Assembly: GCA_000004695.1 (NCBI GenBank)
Contig: CM000150.2
Location: 4,608,001 to 4,672,000 of the forward strand
DNA: 64,000 bases
Source of the DNA: Dictyostelium discoideum
Taxonomy: Eukaryota
Direction: 5' to 3'
The stretch's first letter is position 1; each line of letters opens with the position of its first letter. Both the position numbers and the translations under genes were made by a program. Under the pieces are notes generated by a model that saw only the letters and a program-made list of their open reading frames with translations, was not told the DNA's origin and searched no databases. Of this stretch, positions 26,981 through 41,482 are shown piece after piece.

Positions 26981-27241
26981 ATGACAAGTATAATTAGTAA
27001 AGTTATTTCTGAAGTATTTGTTGAATTTAATGAATCAATTGGAAAGCAAGCTATTTTCTTTTTAACAAATTTAATAAAACAATGTACAAATCTTGATGAA
27101 ATGAAACAAGAATTTATAATATTTTGTAAAGATAATTCTTTAATTGAAAAGGATTCCGATATCGAAAAAACTTTTAGAGAGATTATTAATAATTTAAAAA
27201 AAAGAAAAATGAATTGCATTTACCATCAGATCATCCAATAA
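26981..27241 (+). CDS. truncated paralog of the N-terminal module of the 25487..26149 gene (possible gene fragment)
   Basis: 86-aa ORF. ISEVFVEFNESIGKQAIFFLTNLIKQ...FIIFCKDNSLIEKDSDIEKTFREIINNLKKRKMNCIY aligns at roughly 35% identity with residues 8-95 of the upstream gene (ISECIKESLIEFKEV...FNLFCKDFDMPFKDEDNEIDRVFNQLINLLKRKGCISF). It stops where the upstream gene continues. Confidence 0.3.
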   Translation: MTSIISKVISEVFVEFNESIGKQAIFFLTNLIKQCTNLDEMKQEFIIFCKDNSLIEKDSDIEKTFREIINNLKKRKMNCIYHQIIQ

Positions 27242-27488
27242 TTCAATCCTCACCAATTCTTCCTTCATCTCCTATTATTGAAAATAATAATAACTATAAA
27301 TAAACTTTTTTTTATTAATTTAGTTGTTCAATGCTTTTTTTATTTATAAATTTATTTATTATCTAATTTTTTTATTTAATTTTTTTATTAAAATTATATG
27401 GGGTTTTCAATATTATTTGTATTTTTTCAAATTATTTTTATAAAATTATTAAATTATATTTAGTATAACAATTTTTTTATTTATTATG

Positions 27489-27528
<40 letters not shown>

Positions 27529-27593
27529 ACAAAATTTTTTTATTTTTTTTATTTTCATTTTTTTTTTTTTTCATTTTAGTCAAAAAAACAATA

Positions 27594-29043
27594 ATGCAAG
27601 TTCAACAACCACAACAGATACAGCAACAACATTTACAACAACAACAGGCACAGCAGCACCAACAACAACAGGTACAGCAACATCAACAGCAACAACAACA
27701 ACAACAACAACAACAACAAATATATCAACAAATTGTAAATCAACCAGTTAATAATGTACATCAATTACCATCATTACAACAACAACAATTATTAGAACAA
27801 TATGATGAATTATTAAAACAAGTTAGTTTAATTAGGTCAAATGTTTCAGATTTTTTTAATAGTTTTATAGAGGATGCAAAACAACAACAAACCATTGTAA
27901 ATAAAGAAGAGATGAAACAAAAATTAAAGAAATCTATGGATTTAGTACTTGGATCAATTTCATCAATTGATAAAGTTTCAAAGAGAATATCGAGTTATTC
28001 ATTTCAAATTGCATCATCAAATTTCTCAACACAAGAAGCATCATGGGCTTATTCAACTGGTATCTATGATAATAGGAATATTAAAGTTCAATTAGAAATT
28101 AGAAATGAAAATTATTGGAGATCTCAAACTTCCTATAAATCATCACTAGCTTCATCAAATTTAGAAAATAAATTAAAAGATTTATTTCCAATCATTTTTC
28201 AAGAGGATGAAGAATCTTCATCATTATCAAAAAAAAGAAAACAAATTTCATCTTTAACTTCGAATTCACTAAGTACCACTACCATTACAACTACTACTAC
28301 ACCATCACCATTATTTAAATTACCATCAACACCACCAACTTTATTATTGTCAGGTACAATATCACCATTTTATGATTATTTTGCACAAATTGAGCGTGTA
28401 ATTCATTCAATTAGACAAGAATCTGCTTTGGAAATATTTGAAATTCAAAAACAATCATCTGGTGCACCAAAAGGTTTATTCGTTGAATGTCCTGACGTTT
28501 TTAAATGTTTAATTTGTTTTGGTATACCAAATGATAGAAAAGATTGTTTTACAATTGATAGAATTTCATTTTTTGGTGTAAAAGAAAATGTATGTATTTT
28601 AATTATTTTATTTATTTATTTATTAATTTATTAATTTATTTATTTATTAATTAATTAATTAATTAATTATTTATTTATTTTTATAGTTTGATTCATTATG
28701 GGCATCTTCAAAATATAATATATTTAAAAAGATTTCAGAAAATTCATTTGAAGCAATTAGTTATTATTCAGCAAATCCAAATGGTGGATCAATTTTAAAA
28801 TGTATTTTATCTTGGATTTGGTCATTTAGAGGTTTATTTTTAGAAGAATGTAAAGGTTGTCAAGATATTTTACATTTAGATTCTCCTCAATATATGTATT
28901 TACCACCTTCATTTAGAACTTTTGATAATTATACTCCTTACCATCCATCTTGTTATCAAAATCATTTATTATCTTGTAATTCTTTTTCTTCTTCAACTTC
29001 TTCCTCTATTCAACAAAGCCCTTTCTCACCTCTAAATAAATAA
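27594..29043 (+). CDS. Mediator subunit 27 (Med27)-like protein with poly-Gln N-terminus (2 exons)
   Basis: Exons 27594..28589 and 28687..29043; the donor is aaaat|gtatgt and the acceptor ttatag|. The C-terminal ILSWIWSFRGLFLEECKGCQDILHLDSP...YHPSCYQNHLLSC carries a C-x2-C...H-x3-C zinc-finger-like signature as in the Med27 family. The upstream Met at 27486 is a poly-Lys artefact of an A-run. Confidence 0.5.
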
Positions 29044-29127
29044 AATAAAATAATAATAATAATAATAATAATAATAATTTAATTAAAAATAATAATAAAA
29101 ATAAATTGTAAATATTTTAAAATTGGT

Positions 29128-29414
29128 TTATTTTATTAAGATTATTTGTTGTTTTTGGGAGCTTTTTTTTCTTTTTGGGACCCCAGAAAAATTAAGATCC
29201 AAAATATTGACGAAAAATAGATCTTGAATATTTTTATTTCCTAATAATCCATCATCACCACTATAGTAGCACATTATGTCTGAAAATTTAAAAGTTGGGT
29301 AGGTTCCATCTTCTTTAGGTTTTAATGAAGCATAAAGCATTGCAGTACTTTTGTATTTTTCAAAATATTCCACCAAATCGGAGACTAATTTAGCTGGGCT
29401 ACCATCAGGTATCT
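29128..29414 (-). CDS. 3'-terminal exon of an unidentified gene (partial model)
   Basis: The frame is open from an acceptor (tgactag|) to the stop at 29128, encoding ...EIPDGSPAKLVSDLVEYFEKYKSTAMLYASLKPKEDGTYPTFKFSDIMCYYSGDDGLLGNKNIQDLFFVNILDLNFSGVPKRKK... An in-frame TGA lies immediately upstream, so 5' exon(s) must lie at 29415-30200, but they could not be placed. The track start is a TTG. Confidence 0.3.
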
Positions 29415-30216
29415 CTAGTCATTAAAATCATATTCGAATTTCATATTTGATATTTTATTTTATTTTATTTTATTTTATTTTATTTTATTTTATTTTATTT
29501 TATTTTTTCAGTTTTTTTGTGTTTTTACAAAATTAATGAAAATTGTTGAACTAAAATAGAATATACAAAAATTGAAATGAACTTACTTTTTTTTTTACTT
29601 TTTTATTTATTTTTATATTTTTATTTATTTTTTTTGGGTGAAAAGTAATTTTGTACGACTCTGGTGGGTTTGCCACCTCTTTTTTTTTTTTTTTACTTTT
29701 AAATTTTTTATTTTCTATGCAACTCCCCTTATTATATTCATTTTAAAATATTTTGAGTGATTCATATAAAAAATAAAAAAAATTAAATCATTTTAAAAAA
29801 AATAAGGTTAAAGAAACGCTAAATTTAAATGAAAAAAAAATTTTATCAATAATTTTCGGTCAAATTCAGGGACATGATATTTTATATTTTGAAAAAAAAT
29901 AAATAAAAAAATTTTTAGTTATTTTCAAAATTAAACCCCCACATGACGTCAAGTTTTAAAATAAAAAAATTAAGATATTTTTTTTTTTTTTTTTTTTTTT
30001 TTTTCTAAAAAAATATCTAACCCCTCACTCAGAAGCTTCTTTGTTTTTTTTTGATCGTCACATATAAAGAAAGTTATATTGAAAAGGAATTTAATTTTTC
30101 TTTAAATTTTTACTTTTAATAAATTTTTTTTTTGATTTTGAACTATAAAAAGATGTTTTAAAATAGTTTTTTCATTTTTTTTAAACATTTTAAAATAAAA
30201 CAATTAAAAAAATAAA

Positions 30217-31569
<1,353 letters not shown>

Positions 31570-31578
31570 AAAAATTAA

Positions 31579-31610
<32 letters not shown>

Positions 31611-31722
31611 TTACCACCACCTTGCCATGTGTTTTTTTTTTTTAATGTGAAAAATATAGGGGAAAGGATGAAATTATTTTAATTTATAAAATTTTATTTT
31701 ATTTTAGTTTATTTTATTTATC

Positions 31723-33353
<1,631 letters not shown>

Positions 33354-33554
33354 TCTTTTTTTTTATTTCCTTTGTTTTTCTAGAAATGTAAAATTTTCTG
33401 ATAATCTCTCCCAACAACAAACCAACCCCTTGAAATTTTCGAAAAATAAAAAAAAAATGAAAAATAAAAAAAATAAAAATTAAAAAAAAATAAAAATTAA
33501 AAAAAAAATTGATTTTGAAATTATTTTTTTTATTAATTTAATAAAAAAATTTTC

Positions 33555-33586
<32 letters not shown>

Positions 33587-33716
33587 TACACAATAAAAAA
33601 AAAAATATAGTAATAATAACAAATACATTTACATTATATATATATATTTATATATATTTAAAAATCAATAATTTTAAAAAATCAAAATAAAATATATAAA
33701 AAAAAAAAAAAAAAAA

Positions 33717-35879
33717 ATGAAAACAAATTTCACACCACCATCAAAAATAATTAAAAAGAATATATTTGATTTAACATTTACAATTAATAGTTTACCAACA
33801 CATTTAATTAGAAAGATATTATCATATTATTATAATCACTGTTTATCAATGTATGAGTATATTGAAAAGAGTAAAGGTAGTCAATTCTCAGGATATAAAT
33901 TAAGATTTCGTTGGATGGATTTATGTTTAGTTTGTAAATTTTGGATGGAAATGGTTATGCCGTACCTACCGAATACATTCTATTTTATGGATTCTCAGCA
34001 AAAGTTGGAAACCTATTTAAATCTATGTGAATATGGTGGCACGTTTCCAAGACGTTATTTAAAGCAAACTGTACTTCGTGTATCAAAACCACCAGCTTCA
34101 ATAAAGAAATACCCATTCCACATAAACTCGCTAGCAATTTATATCAATCGTTATCAAATGCCAAATCATTATCAGCCAGATACAATCATACCAGAATTTA
34201 TCTATCAACAAATCTTAAAGATATCACCAGACTTGAAGAATCTTAAATTTCAAACTGCAAAAACTGAAAAAGATTTATACTACCTATTGAAATCAATTAA
34301 TGAATCTATAACTCAATCGATTACACCATTACTATCATCATTGAATTTCGATTATTCAATATTTTCAGCCTCAATGCTTTATCAACTTTGTAAAATAATA
34401 GAATCACCAAATTGTACTATTACAAATCTATCATTAAACAATTGCACTTTGTCAACCAATTCATTAGGTGAATTTAGTGATGGCATCATTGATGATGGTG
34501 ATGATGATACAAAAGTTTCATTCATTACATCATTTAAAAAGAATAAATCAATTACAACTTTAAAAATGAATGAAAATAATTTCTTTACAAATTCAAAATC
34601 ATCAAAGAATAGAATTTTAATGGGTGGCACAATTTTACAATTTTTAAAATTGGTTTTAGTAGATTCAACTTCAATTTCAAATTTTCAATTCAATGGTAGT
34701 GAAATATTTTTAGATGAATTAAATAATGAATGTAATAAAATCAATTATCTAACACCAATGCAATCATCATTTGAAAAACTATCATTATCCCTATTGAATA
34801 TTGATAGTTTCTTACCATATTTAGAATATTTAATCACTAGTTCAAGTAATAGTATTAAAGAATTGGATCTTTCTCATTCAAGATTTTCAAATTATTCAAA
34901 TTTAAATAATTTATTAATTTCAATTCAACATTGTCAATCATTATTAAAATTAAATTTATCATCTTCTTCATTTAATATAATTGAAAATTCAAATAATAAT
35001 AATAATAATGTTGGTTTTATTCAACATCCTCAACCACAACAACCACCATTACCACCACAACAACAACAAGATTTTAATGGAAATGGTGGTGATGATGATG
35101 AATTTTTTGATGAAAATGGTGGTGGTGGTTTTGGTGGTAATAATTTTGATGCAAATTCAACAAATGCTTTTAATGAAAATTTTAATGATCAAACTTTATT
35201 TAATAGATCACCAATTGGTTGGGAAAGATTTAGTTTTTTATATGGTACACAATCGTTGATTTCAATTAATTTATCATCGATTAGAATGAGAGATGAAAAA
35301 GAGATGAACTCATTATTTCAATCATTGTGTGGTTCACCTCAAATTCAACAACTATATTTGAATAGATGTGGTTTAACAAGTGGTTGTTTAACTCAATTAA
35401 CCAATTTCATTAGACAACCAAATTCAAAGTTAGAGCTATTACATATTGGTAGTAATGGATTGGGTGGTGGTGGCTCGTCAATTCAAATTCTATTAATGGC
35501 ATTTCAATTAAATAAATCATTAAGTGATATCGATTTATCCTATAATAGTATGACTGATATAGAGGGTTATCATATTGCAAACTTTTTAAAATCAAATGTA
35601 TATGGTGATAAACAACAAATTAGACATTTAAATCTTTCTGGTAGTAGTTTTAAATTGGGTGCAATCAATCAATTGGGTCATGCTCTAATGACCAATAATT
35701 CTTTGGTCTCTTTAAACCTTTCAAATATTCAAATGGGTATGTTGGAAATTACCTATATCTTTGATGCTTTGGTCTCTCATCCAACTATCTCTTTATTAAA
35801 TCTTTCAAATGTTGGTTCAAATGAAATGATTACTTCTTTAGTTCAAACTTCTGCTTTGCGTTGTAATGTAATTTATTAA
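33717..35879 (+). CDS. F-box-like / leucine-rich-repeat (RNI-type) protein
   Basis: 720-aa single ORF. It has an N-terminal F-box-like segment (LPTHLIRKILSYYYNHC) and C-terminal ribonuclease-inhibitor-type LRRs (LYLNRCGLTSGCLTQLTNFIRQPNSKLELLHIGSNGLGGGG..., IDLSYNSMTDIEGYHIANFLKSN). Confidence 0.65.
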   Translation: MKTNFTPPSKIIKKNIFDLTFTINSLPTHLIRKILSYYYNHCLSMYEYIEKSKGSQFSGYKLRFRWMDLCLVCKFWMEMVMPYLPNTFYFMDSQQKLETYLNLCEYGGTFPRRYLKQTVLRVSKPPASIKKYPFHINSLAIYINRYQMPNHYQPDTIIPEFIYQQILKISPDLKNLKFQTAKTEKDLYYLLKSINESITQSITPLLSSLNFDYSIFSASMLYQLCKIIESPNCTITNLSLNNCTLSTNSLGEFSDGIIDDGDDDTKVSFITSFKKNKSITTLKMNENNFFTNSKSSKNRILMGGTILQFLKLVLVDSTSISNFQFNGSEIFLDELNNECNKINYLTPMQSSFEKLSLSLLNIDSFLPYLEYLITSSSNSIKELDLSHSRFSNYSNLNNLLISIQHCQSLLKLNLSSSSFNIIENSNNNNNNVGFIQHPQPQQPPLPPQQQQDFNGNGGDDDEFFDENGGGGFGGNNFDANSTNAFNENFNDQTLFNRSPIGWERFSFLYGTQSLISINLSSIRMRDEKEMNSLFQSLCGSPQIQQLYLNRCGLTSGCLTQLTNFIRQPNSKLELLHIGSNGLGGGGSSIQILLMAFQLNKSLSDIDLSYNSMTDIEGYHIANFLKSNVYGDKQQIRHLNLSGSSFKLGAINQLGHALMTNNSLVSLNLSNIQMGMLEITYIFDALVSHPTISLLNLSNVGSNEMITSLVQTSALRCNVIY

Positions 35880-36151
35880 AAAAAATAAAAATAAAAAATA
35901 AAATTTTAAAAAAAAAAATAAATAAATAAATAAATAATAAAATAAATAAATAAATAATAAAATAAAATAATAATAAAAATCAAATAATCATTTTTTAAAA
36001 TCCTGGAAAAAAAAAAAAAAAAAAAAAAAAATAAATAAAAAAAAAAATGTCACCCCAATTTTTCACCATGATTTTAACCTCTAAATAAAATTTTCAAAGA
36101 AAAATGCCAAAATTAATCAACCTGGTCCTCCCAGATAATTTATTTAGAATG

Positions 36152-36190
<39 letters not shown>

Positions 36191-36389
36191 ATAAATTTCT
36201 AAACATGTCTAAAATTCTTATTTTCATTTTTTTAAACCTTCACTCCGTCGTCAAGTGTCAAATTTTATTTGAATTTATTTATTTTTAATTATTTTTAATT
36301 TTTTTTTTTTTTTTTTTACGATAATTTATTTTTAATTTTTTTAATTTAATTTTTTTTTTTATTATTTTTTTTTTTTATTTTTAAATTTT

Positions 36390-36435
<46 letters not shown>

Positions 36436-36689
36436 TTTTTTTAATTTTTATTTCTATTTTTATTCACAATTGAAATAAAAATATAAACATAAAAAATAAA
36501 TAAATATATATAGGGTTTTGCAGAGCAAAAAAAAAAAAAAAAAAAAAAAAAAAGATATAGCAAAACAAAACAAAATAAAATAAAATAAAACAAAAAAAAA
36601 TAAAATAATAAAATTAGAATTTTTTAGCACAGATAGAGTAATATTATAAACGAATTAGTAATATCAAAAAAAAAAAATAATAATTAAAT

Positions 36690-36938
36690 ATGTCATCATT
36701 AAATAAATCAATTGGAAGTGTTACAGAATCACCAATTAATGTAGTAGTTCATAATTATGATAATAATGACCCAACAGAAACTAGACATGAAGTTCAAACT
36801 AAACATGGTAAATTAGTTTGTTTTCAAAAAATAGGTTCAAATCAATCACCAAATATGCCAACAATAATTTCTTATCATGATTTGGGATTAAATCGTATGT
36901 TTTTTTTTTAAAAAATTTTTTATTTTAATTTATTTTTT

Positions 36939-36983
<45 letters not shown>

Positions 36984-37066
36984 CCCATATTATTAGGAAT
37001 TTAAATATTAATCAAAATTATTTTATTTGTAAAAAAAAAAAAAAAAACCAACATCAACAACTTTTT

Positions 37067-37144
<78 letters not shown>

Positions 37145-38184
37145 AATAGATACAACATGTTTTTCACCATTTTTCAATCATCCAAATATGAATCATATTT
37201 TACCATATTTAAATATTATTCATATCGAAGCACCAGGTCATGAATTTAATGCAGAAACCATTCCATCATCACAATATCCATCAATTACTGAAATGGCTGA
37301 AGACATTCAATATGTTTTAGATTATTTTAAGTATGTAGTATATATATAAATTAAAATATTTTACATTTTCTAACATGTAACTTTTATTTTTTATTTTATT
37401 TTTTTTTACTTAGGGTTAAAGTATTTATTGGATTAGGTGCAGGTGCAGGTGGTTGTATTTTAACACAATATTCAATTTTTTATCCAAGATCAGTGGTTGG
37501 TTTAGTTTTAGTTGGTTCAGTTATTAAATCATTTAGTTGGTTAGATTGGGTTAAATCATGGGTTGAATTAACAACATTACCATCTTTAAAAAATCCAACT
37601 GGTGTTAGAAAATATCTTATTGATCATTATTATGCTGATGTAAGCTTAGAGGATTTTTTTTATTTTTTAATTTTTATTTTTAAAATTTTCATTCTAATAT
37701 ATTTATTTTATTTATTATCTATATATTTAGAATTTAGAAGAAACCAACCCAGATTTATTAGAGATAATTAAAAAGGAAATGGTTTTAATTAATCCAGATA
37801 ATTTATATCATTATGTTCATTCATTTGTAAAGTGAGTAGTAAAATTAATATATATATATATATATATAAATTAATTAGATTTATGGTTATTAACAAAATA
37901 ATAATAATAATAATAGGAGAGATGATATTAAAGAAGAACAAATTAAAGCATTAGGATGTAAAATTTTATTAGTAGTTGGTAAAGATTCAACATATAAAGA
38001 GGATATCATTGATTTATTCTCACAATTTAATCCAAGAAATTCAACTATTCTTCAAGTTCCAGATTGCGGTATTTTGGTAACTGCTGAGAAACCAGGTGAT
38101 ATCGTAGAACCATTTAAATTATTTATGCAAGGTATTGGTTTCTTATTGGATTATTATCAAAGTCATGACGATGCTCAAAAATAA
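36690..38184 (+). CDS. NDRG-family alpha/beta-hydrolase-fold protein (5 exons)
   Basis: Exons 36690..36894, 37150..37330, 37414..37639, 37731..37831, 37917..38184, with phases consistent. HDLGLNHTTCFSPFFNHPNMNHILPYLNIIHIEAPGH and GLGAGAGGCILTQYSIFYPRSVVGLVLVGS match NDRG consensus (HDVGLNHKSCFNPLF...HVDAPGQ; GIGVGAGAYILSRFAL..VEGLVLIN). Confidence 0.75.
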
Positions 38185-38244
38185 TACATATTAAATAAAT
38201 TTTATTTTTTTTATTTTTATTTTTTTTTTTTTTATTTTTTAATT

Positions 38245-38275
<31 letters not shown>

Positions 38276-38537
38276 TTAGATTCTTATTATTTTTTTATTT
38301 TTTATTTTATTTATTTATTTTTTTTTTTTTTGTTGGGTTCTATTGTTTCTTTGAGAATTCTTTTTTTTTTTTTTTTTTTTTTGAACATTGTTTTAAATTA
38401 ATTTTAATTTATTTTTATTTTTTTTTATTTTTTTATTTTTTTTGGAAAAATGTTTTATTAATTAATTTTTTAATTTTATTTTCTTATTTTTATTTTTTAT
38501 TTTTTTTTTTTTTTAATGAAAATTTTTAATTATTTAA

Positions 38538-38978
38538 ATGCTTTCTTCTAAATTTTTTTCATTGTATTCAAAAACAAAGTTATTAAAATCAACAACATCA
38601 AATTTTATATTATTTAATAAATTAAAGTACAGTAGTAACAATCAAGATTTCGAGAAAAGATTTTTTAAAATGTCAGATAACAAAACAACAACAACAACAA
38701 CGACAGCTACATCAACATCAACACCAACACCATCAACATTAAATGATAAATCGACTATAAAAACAACTCCAATAACAGATAATAATAATAATAATGAAAA
38801 TTTTAAATATACAAATAAATTAATAAATGAAAAATCACCATATTTATTAAAACACGCTCATAATCCAGTTGATTGGTTGCCATGGGGAGAAGAGGCTTTT
38901 AAAATTGCAAGAGATAATGATAAATTAATATTTCTTAGTGTTGGTTATATGGCATGTCATTGGGTAAGTAAATAGTAA

Positions 38979-39037
<59 letters not shown>

Positions 39038-41118
39038 TTTAAATTCTAATATTTTTAAAAATATATTAGTGTAATGTTATGGAACGTGAATGTTTTGAAA
39101 ATGTTGAAATTGCTAAAGTAATGAATGAATATTGTGTAAATATTAAAATTGACCGTGAAGAAAGACCAGATATTGATAAGATTTATATGACCTATTTAAC
39201 CGAGATTAGTGGATCAGGTGGTTGGCCGATGAGCATTTGGTTAACACCTCAATTACATCCAATCACAGGTGGTACATATTTCGCACCAGAAGCAAAGTAT
39301 GGTAGACCAGGGTTCCCTGACCTTATAAAGAAATTGGATAAACTTTGGAGAAAAGATAGAGAAATGGTTCAAGAGAGAGCAGATTCATTCATTAAATTCT
39401 TGAAGGAAGAAAAACCAATGGGTAATATTAATAATGCATTGTCAAGTCAAACCATAGAGAAATGTTTTCAACAAATTATGAAAGGTTATGATCCAATCGA
39501 TGGTGGTTATTCTGATGCACCAAAATTTCCAAGATGTTCGATTTTCAATCTCCTATTAATGACTTTAAAAGAGGATTATTCAAAACAAGTTGGATCATTA
39601 GATAAGCTAGTATTCACATTGGAGAAAATGGCAAATGGTGGAATGTATGATCAAGTTGGTGGTGGTTTTCATAGATATTCAGTTACCTCTGACTGGATGA
39701 TACCACATTTTGAAAAGATGTTATATGATAATGCACAATTGGCATCAGTTTATTTAGATGCTTATCAAATCACTAAATCACCATTATTTGAAAGAGTAGC
39801 TAAAGAAATCTTACACTATGTTTCAACTAAATTAACTCATACTCTTGGTGGTTTCTTTTCAGCTGAGGATGCAGATAGTTTAAATTTAGAAATAAATGAA
39901 AAACAAGAAGGTGCATTCTACGTTTGGTCATATCAAGATATTAAAAAAGCAATTCAAGATAAAGATGATATTGAAATTTATTCATTTCACCATGGTTTAA
40001 TTGAAAATGGTAATGTAGATCCAAAAGATGATCCACATAATGAATTTAAAGATAAGAATGTAATAACAATTGTAAAGAGTTTAAAAGAAACTGCAGCATA
40101 CTTTAAAAAGACTCAAGAGGAAATTGAAAAATCATTAAATCAATCAAAAGAGAAATTATTCAAATTTAGAGAACAATTTAAACCAAAACCACAATTGGAT
40201 GATAAAATCATTGTATCATGGAATGGTTTAATGGTATCATCATTTTGTAAAGCTTATCAATTATTTAAAGATGAAAAATATTTAAATAGTGCAATTAAAT
40301 CAATTGAATTCATAAAAACCCATCTATACGATAGTGTTGGTGATGATAATGATTACGATGATGAAGACGATAAACTTAATAATTGTAGATTAATTAGAAA
40401 TTATAAAGATGGTCCATCGAAAATTCACGCATTCACAGATGATTATTCATTTTTAATTCAAGCATTATTGGATTTATATCAAGTTACATTTGATTATAAA
40501 CATTTGGAATGGGCAATGAAATTACAAAAACAACAAGATAATTTATTCTATGATTTAGAGAATGGTGGTTATTACTCAACATCTGGTTTAGATAAATCAA
40601 TTCTATCTAGAATGAAAGAAGAACATGATGGTGCTGAACCATCACCTCAATCAATTAGTGTTTCAAATTTATTAAAACTTTACTCAATAACCTATAATGA
40701 AGCCTATAAAGAGAAAGCAAAGAAAACCTTGGAGAATTGTTCATTATATTTAGAAAAGGCACCACTTGTTTTCCCACAAATGGTTTGTTCATTATATTTA
40801 TACTTAAATTCAATCAATACAATCATTCTATCAACTAATAGTAATGATAATCAACAAAAACAACAATTACTATCAATTCTTGATGAAATTCATTCAAATT
40901 ATATACCAAATAAATTAATTCTATTAAATGATCATTCAAATAATTCAATTACACAATTCTTTGAAAAGAGTACTTCAAATTTAAATTTATCACTTTCAAC
41001 ACCAGTTTATGATAAAACTACATTTTCATTATGTAATCCAAATGGTTGCACAATTTCAACAAATCAATTACAACAAATTAAATCAAATTTAATAAATCAA
41101 ATTTATCCAAAATATTAA
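38538..41118 (+). CDS. SPATA20-like protein (thioredoxin-like N-domain + six-hairpin glycosidase-like domain; DUF255 family), 2 exons
   Basis: Exons 38538..38963 and 39070..41118. An intron with a roughly 60-nt A-run splits the conserved CHW|CNVME motif. [81 protein letters not shown] matches the SPATA20/YyaL N-terminus. Confidence 0.75.
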
Positions 41119-41482
41119 AATTTTGTTAAATAAAAATTAAATAAATAAAAAAAAAAAAAAAATAATAAAAAAAGATATTCTTTTTTTTTTTTTTAAGAAA
41201 AATATCTGAATATTGGTGACTGTGTTTTTAAGGGAGTCATATATTGAAAAAAAGTAAAAATAAAAAACTGACCAATGCCACATAAAATTACTTTTCACCT
41301 TTTGGTTTCAGTTTTTTTTTTTTTTAATTTTTTTTTTTATTTTTTTTATTTTTACAATTTTGATCAAAAAAAAATCTTTTTTTTTTTTTTTTTCTTAATT
41401 TTTTATTTTTACTCCCACCATAAAAAAAAAAAACAATCAAAAAAACAAATATTTTCAAAGTTATATAAAAAAAATTATAAAA

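Noticed and set aside
27486-27593. Upstream extension of the Med27-like ORF beginning [21 protein letters not shown]
   Set aside because: It is an A28 homopolymer followed by T-runs translated in frame. The plausible start is the ATG at 27594, which is immediately followed by the complex, Gln-rich coding sequence.
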